A model generated the notes under the pieces. The model worked only from the letters and a program-made list of their open reading frames with translations, did no database searches and was not told where the DNA came from. The translations under genes and the position numbers were made by a program. DNA of 63,951 nt, counting the filler, from an uncultured bacterium (lineage in GTDB: Bacteria > Latescibacterota > UBA2968), in the NCBI GenBank assembly GCA_964471275.1. It is 4 parts of 4 records of this genome, joined end to end, with 100 filler letters (N's around TTAATTAATTAA, not from the genome) between each part and the next. Parts side by side here need not be neighbours in the genome. Positions count along the whole stretch, not along the records: positions 52,789 to 63,951 come from CAYYGZ010000158.1; 3 more parts are not named here. One strand, 5' to 3'. Below are positions 59,251-63,951 of this stretch, piece after piece; positions within the stretch are counted from its first letter, which is position 1; each line of letters starts with the position of its first letter.

Positions 59251-60783
59251 CTACTCGATCCGAATCAAACGTTGTCCGGTATGCGTGGCTCCGAAGGCAT
59301 CCAAAACGCGCACGTAGATTACTGTCATTCCGGCCGGCGGGTCTGCAGGCAGAGCCGCCTTCCACAGATGGTTGGTCTCTTTCGGCTTTCCCCATTTCGC
59401 TTCCTTGGGGTCGCGCGCCATTTCACGCTTGTGGAGGGCAATAACGAAGGGATCCAAACCGCGCCATCGGGTCATGGAGGTCCAGGCGCCATCCTCACTA
59501 AGGCGCATCTCGACAGCCGCACGCTCCGATGCGGCAAATACATTGACCACGATCTCAGTCGCCGCCGACTCCGTCGCTGCGACTGTATCGGGTGCCGTGA
59601 TAGTCATCTGGTAGTCGGCAGGGCGCCGTGCTGCCTTGTGGCGAAAGGAATACTCGTTTCCATCTACACGCATCACCGAATAGCCGTTGGGCGAGCCGTC
59701 GCCCATAGTCGAATGGGGAATGCCCGCAGGATCTCTGGCACCGGTCCAGAACGGTCCGCACGTCGCGCCAGCCACGTAAAGATGGAGTGGCTTCTCCCCG
59801 TGCCATCCGTCGTCTTGACCCAGGTAGAACTGCTCGATGCTGTGCCAATGCCCGGCAATCATGAAAAGATGAGAGCGATCCTGCAGGATGGCATAGAGTG
59901 CATCCCTATCCTTGAATTCGACCACTGGGATGTGCATGGCCAGCACCACCAGGTGGTCATCGGGGACGTGTGCCAGGTCATTTTCGATGAACGCCAGTTG
60001 ATGTGCACCGAGCTTAGGACGATTCTTGTCGCCTTCGCGGTACACCGAGTCCAAGATAATGCAATGCATCTTACCGTAGTTGAATGCGTAGTAAGGGGGG
60101 CCATAGATGCGCTCGAAGGTTTCGTCTGACATTTCATCGGTTGTCGCGTCTTTGTTCAGGTCATGGTTGCCCATCACATAGTGCCAGGGCGCACCGATCC
60201 TGGCGGTCATCGTGTTGATGTCGTCGAGCAAGTCGAGACGATCCTCTACCATATCACCCAGTGTGATACCGAGCAGGACGTTTGCTCCCACCAACTCCTC
60301 CACGATATCGTGCCCATAGTGAAGGACGCCCTCTTCTTCGTAAGGCTGGGGATCCCCAAGCAACAGCGCATCGAAACGATCCCGTTCGTGATGCCGGGAC
60401 AACGGAAAATTCACCGACTCGGGCAATGGCCCTGTCGGGTCTACCCCTGGGTACTTGGTCTCGGGTGATCCCGCCGGTTTGTGCAGATAATAGCCCTGAG
60501 ATATCATGTCGTCATTCAAGACGGTGATCCATCCGCTCGGCTTGATCACGAAGAGGACTGTGTCGTCGCCCACGGACAATTCATACCGACCTTTGCCATC
60601 GGTCTTCACGACCTCACGTCCGTTGGACACGCACACGTTCTTTACGCCCCGCTCACCATCGTCCATCACACGATTGCCGTTCGTGTCGTTGAACACGCGA
60701 CCGCGCGCAACATCAGCGGTTGCGCCACCAGCCGACACCAACACGGCCAACACGCCATATCGCACCATCGAGGGCCTTAGCAT
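59251..60783 (-). CDS. Exported calcineurin-like phosphoesterase (MetallophosN/C architecture)
   Basis: Signal peptide, G.VF.D.NGN, VSNG, GDPQ, GD, GNHD, HIP, GH.H, DG.PNGY, HLWKA.LP. Confidence 0.9.
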   Translation of the reverse strand: MLRPSMVRYGVLAVLVSAGGATADVARGRVFNDTNGNRVMDDGERGVKNVCVSNGREVVKTDGKGRYELSVGDDTVLFVIKPSGWITVLNDDMISQGYYLHKPAGSPETKYPGVDPTGPLPESVNFPLSRHHERDRFDALLLGDPQPYEEEGVLHYGHDIVEELVGANVLLGITLGDMVEDRLDLLDDINTMTARIGAPWHYVMGNHDLNKDATTDEMSDETFERIYGPPYYAFNYGKMHCIILDSVYREGDKNRPKLGAHQLAFIENDLAHVPDDHLVVLAMHIPVVEFKDRDALYAILQDRSHLFMIAGHWHSIEQFYLGQDDGWHGEKPLHLYVAGATCGPFWTGARDPAGIPHSTMGDGSPNGYSVMRVDGNEYSFRHKAARRPADYQMTITAPDTVAATESAATEIVVNVFAASERAAVEMRLSEDGAWTSMTRWRGLDPFVIALHKREMARDPKEAKWGKPKETNHLWKAALPADPPAGMTVIYVRVLDAFGATHTGQRLIRIE

Positions 60784-61085
60784 AGATAACGCCTTTCCTG
60801 TCAGTCAATTGTAGAGCGATTACTTTCTATATTTAGGTAGCGAACCGACATCCATGGTTCCGACGGCTAGAGCAATCAACTTCTTCTGATCGGGTACATT
60901 GCACATATTGCTATCACAGATTTGTCGCCTCGAAATTGGTTGGGCCGAATCACAGATCAGGCAAAGCAGCGCGTCATCCGTTATGAGATTCCTGCCGGGT
61001 GGACACGGAAGCGGTAGAGGCATCGGCCACCTGTGATCCAGGGATTCTTCATGCATATATTGTCTTAGCCTGACTGGAGCAACCG

Positions 61086-62417
61086 ATGAAACCGAATATC
61101 CTGATCATGGCCGCGGACGATGCGACATACAATGACCTGGCGCTGTATGGCGGCCACAACGTGCAAACACCGAATATCGACCGGTTCGCACAGCAAGGCC
61201 GGGTGTTCAATCGAGCGTATCTGCCGATGGCGATGTGTAACCCGTGTAGGACGGCGCTATACACTGGCCTGCATCCGGTCCGGAATGGCTCATGCTGGAA
61301 CCACTCGGCTGCGCGGCCGGGAACAAAGAGTATTCCGCATTATCTGGGCGACCTCGGCTACCGGGTAGGACTGTGTGGCAAGAAGCACGTGATGCCAGAC
61401 GAGTGCTTTCCGTTCGAGAACGTGCCGGGCATTGAGTCCAGATGCACACATCCGGATCCTGAGTTTGGTGTCGACGGAATCCGTGAGTTCATGACACGCG
61501 ACCGCAAAGAGCCGTTCTGTCTTGTGACAGGGTTGATCGAACCGCACGCGCCCTGGACTGTTGGAGACTACACACACTTCGATCTGGACGAACTTAAGCT
61601 GCCGCCCTATATGGCCGACACGCCGGAGACGCGAGAGGACTATGCCAAATATCTGGCCGAGATCGAGGTTCTAGATCAGGAGATCGGTGAGATTCTTCAG
61701 GTTCTGGAGGAGACAGGTCAGGTTGACCAGACACTGGCCATCTTTACGTCCGAGCAGGGCTCACAGTTTCCAGGATGCAAGTGGACCAACTGGAACACGG
61801 GAATCCATACAGGTTTCGCCGTTCGTTGGCCGGACCAGGTTGCAGCAGGACGGACGGATGCGGTTGTCCAGTATGAAGATGTCGTTCCCACGCTGATCGA
61901 GGCAGCGGGAGGGGATCCCGATACGTTCAATTTCGATGGTGTGAGTTTCCTGTCGCCCCTTCGAAACGGCACCGACGAACACCGAGCATACAGCTACTTC
62001 ATACACAACAACATTCCCGAAGGGCCGCCTTATCCGATCCGGTCGGTGACGGACGGTATCTACCACTATATCCGCAACTTGACGCCGGACGCAATCTATA
62101 TCGAGAAACATCTGATGGGTGTGAACAAGAATACCAAATACTGGCCGTCGTGGGTCGTGGATGCCACGTTCAGCGAGCGGACACGAACCATCGTGAACAG
62201 ATATATGCATCGTCCCGCGGAACAGCTCTACCGCATGGATGAGGATCCTTACGAGATGACGAATTTGGCGGATGGTCCGGTGCACGCCCAGGAAATGAAG
62301 CGCCTGTCTGAGGAACTCGATCGATGGATGAAGGAACAGGGCGATCCGGGGGCGGCGATAGACACCGAGGCGCAATGGCGCGCGGCGAAAGAAGGCCGGC
62401 ACTTCGACCGTCAGTAG
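61086..62417 (+). CDS. Sulfatase (sulfamidase-like)
   Basis: PNIL..ADD, CNPCR..LYTG, GKKH, PH.P, SEQG, YIRN, DPYEM.NLA. Confidence 0.92.
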   Translation: MKPNILIMAADDATYNDLALYGGHNVQTPNIDRFAQQGRVFNRAYLPMAMCNPCRTALYTGLHPVRNGSCWNHSAARPGTKSIPHYLGDLGYRVGLCGKKHVMPDECFPFENVPGIESRCTHPDPEFGVDGIREFMTRDRKEPFCLVTGLIEPHAPWTVGDYTHFDLDELKLPPYMADTPETREDYAKYLAEIEVLDQEIGEILQVLEETGQVDQTLAIFTSEQGSQFPGCKWTNWNTGIHTGFAVRWPDQVAAGRTDAVVQYEDVVPTLIEAAGGDPDTFNFDGVSFLSPLRNGTDEHRAYSYFIHNNIPEGPPYPIRSVTDGIYHYIRNLTPDAIYIEKHLMGVNKNTKYWPSWVVDATFSERTRTIVNRYMHRPAEQLYRMDEDPYEMTNLADGPVHAQEMKRLSEELDRWMKEQGDPGAAIDTEAQWRAAKEGRHFDRQ

Positions 62418-62497
62418 AAAAGGCTTCCGTCCTCCATCTCTCGGGGCGTGCTCCAGGGGCCCAATCTCTCGATGCTCGCGTACGTTGCGCTTGGTCC

Positions 62498-63622
62498 TCA
62501 AACCGTTACCACGAATCCACCCTCCGACTCAATCCCTCGTGCAAGTATGTCCGGCTCAACGTCAAACCCGATGCCCGGTGTGTCTGGTACAATGAGCTTG
62601 CCGTCACGTTGATCCCAGCCATCCAATACAATACCGGGTAAGTCAGCAGGAGCTGCTTCGAGCATCGAAAAATTGGGGATGGATGCCGCAAAATGCGCGT
62701 GGGTGTAGCGCTCGATCAAGCTACCCCAGGAGTGCGGGGCACATTTCGCTCCCCACGGGGCAATCCGGTCGGCGGTCTCTTTCCACCAGGTCAGTCCCTT
62801 TCCGCGGAAGTCGTGTTGAACGATGTCGATCCAGCCCTTTTCGACCATGTCGAAATAGGTGGGCGGGGGAGGACCGGATTCTCCATCAGCGACAAGCGTG
62901 TCATAACCGTTTTCGATGATGAAAGCTTTTAAGGCTTCGTTGAACTCAGGGTCTTCCGGGAAAGGTTCTTCGAACCAGTAGATGCCTACATTTTTGGTTC
63001 TTTCCAGAATCTGAAGCGCGATGTTCAGCGTTGTGCCGTTATTTGCGTCGATCATGATTCTTGCGTCTGGCGCGGAATCTCGAACCGTTTCGATGACCAG
63101 AACGTCCCGATCGGTCCCTTCTCGGATGCCCATCCAGCGAGCACCACGCCCAATCTTGATCTTGAAGTTAGTGTATCCAAACGTGTGACCGGTTGCGACT
63201 TCCTTCTGGAAGATTTCGACGGCTTCCTGATCGGTCCTGTCCAGGTCATCTATATATATTGAGCCGTCATACAATTCGACTTCCTTGCTGCCCCTTCCTC
63301 CGAGATGCTTGTAGAGCGGGAGACCTTCTCGCCGCGCAGACAGGTCCCATAACGCCAGATCAATCCGCAGACCGAGGTCAGTGCTGCCCTGACCCGGCTC
63401 AAACAGGGTGTCGACGTCTTGTCCGACGATCTCCTTAGCCTCGGATTCACAGATACGGGACCATCCGACACCGATAGCCCCGTCGCTCGTATGTATTCGA
63501 ACAAGCCGGTCGTTAACCGTATCGCCGTGATCGCCCTTTCTGGCATTCTTGCCTATAAAACGTGGACGCTTAAATGGAAGCGTGATCTTCTCGATCTTAT
63601 CTATTCTGCCAGAGGATGACAT
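62498..63622 (-). CDS. Mandelate racemase / muconate lactonizing (enolase superfamily) enzyme
   Basis: DLALWDL, KIKIG, DAN, EEP, GE, PH.W, PG.G. Confidence 0.88.
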   Translation of the reverse strand: MSSSGRIDKIEKITLPFKRPRFIGKNARKGDHGDTVNDRLVRIHTSDGAIGVGWSRICESEAKEIVGQDVDTLFEPGQGSTDLGLRIDLALWDLSARREGLPLYKHLGGRGSKEVELYDGSIYIDDLDRTDQEAVEIFQKEVATGHTFGYTNFKIKIGRGARWMGIREGTDRDVLVIETVRDSAPDARIMIDANNGTTLNIALQILERTKNVGIYWFEEPFPEDPEFNEALKAFIIENGYDTLVADGESGPPPPTYFDMVEKGWIDIVQHDFRGKGLTWWKETADRIAPWGAKCAPHSWGSLIERYTHAHFAASIPNFSMLEAAPADLPGIVLDGWDQRDGKLIVPDTPGIGFDVEPDILARGIESEGGFVVTV

Positions 63623-63779
63623 CGAATCTCCTTCGTGTTGGTCCTTCTTGGGGATGTGTAGCTAAATTATCCCCTGCCAGTCGACTCGTCAACGGCAGTG
63701 GATAGCTTTGAGTTTCTCGAGCGTGCGAGGCGCGGGAAGAGGCAATCGAAACAGACCGGGTAGAAAGATCGAAGAGTCT

Positions 63780-63860
63780 CCGATGTTACGGTCCCGCTCT
63801 CTGTGTACTTGACGGCGTTGCTCAGCGGGTTGATGACCATTTGTTGGACACGCGGGATCG
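63780..63860 (-). pseudogene. Histidine kinase HATPase_c remnant
   Basis: RVQQMVINPLSNAVKYTESGTVT (N-box) with no downstream G boxes. Confidence 0.55.
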
Positions 63861-63951
63861 TTGTCTCGCGCCGGGCGCTGGCCGATGTTCGCATAGCGAA
63901 CACGAGGACCTTGTCATCTCTGTGAGTGATACCGGCAAGGGCATCCCCGCC

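Overview
Bacterial DNA of fairly high GC (roughly 59% by eye), almost certainly a draft or metagenome-assembled genome. Four separate contigs are joined by 100-nt N/TTAATTAATTAA/N linkers (17596-17695, 35175-35274, 52689-52788), so neighbourhoods across those points are not biological. The yicC-gmk-rpoZ-coaBC-udg-dnaB order and the many sulfatase, UroD-like, heparinase-like and Gfo/Idh genes suggest an FCB-superphylum lineage such as Latescibacterota or a relative (inference). Contig A (1-17595) holds the housekeeping block, then a promoter-led kptA - diadenylate cyclase - trkA - trkH - DUF1854 - K+ channel - GT87 cluster, a broken ParA-like gene and an FmdB-type zinc ribbon. Contig B (17696-35174) holds an msrP pseudogene, a Pgi-like gene with an internal amber codon, and a partly decayed arsenic-related locus (ArsS-like radical SAM, an ArsM-like 3' remnant, an octaheme cytochrome c, an arsC pseudogene, an exported DUF255/DsbD-N lipoprotein). 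It continues with a DegT aminotransferase, C45 peptidase, LRV-repeat protein, pseudo-receiver, FAD/Fe-S oxidase, acylphosphatase and apt. Contigs C and D carry carbohydrate and sulfate-ester catabolic genes, a TetR gene with visible operator sites, a polysaccharide-modification trio, TldD/E and many gene remnants. The best candidates for something new are the c-di-AMP cyclase embedded in a K+ transport operon and the ArsS/ArsM/octaheme cytochrome/ArsC locus. No rRNA, tRNA, CRISPR or intact mobile element was recognised.
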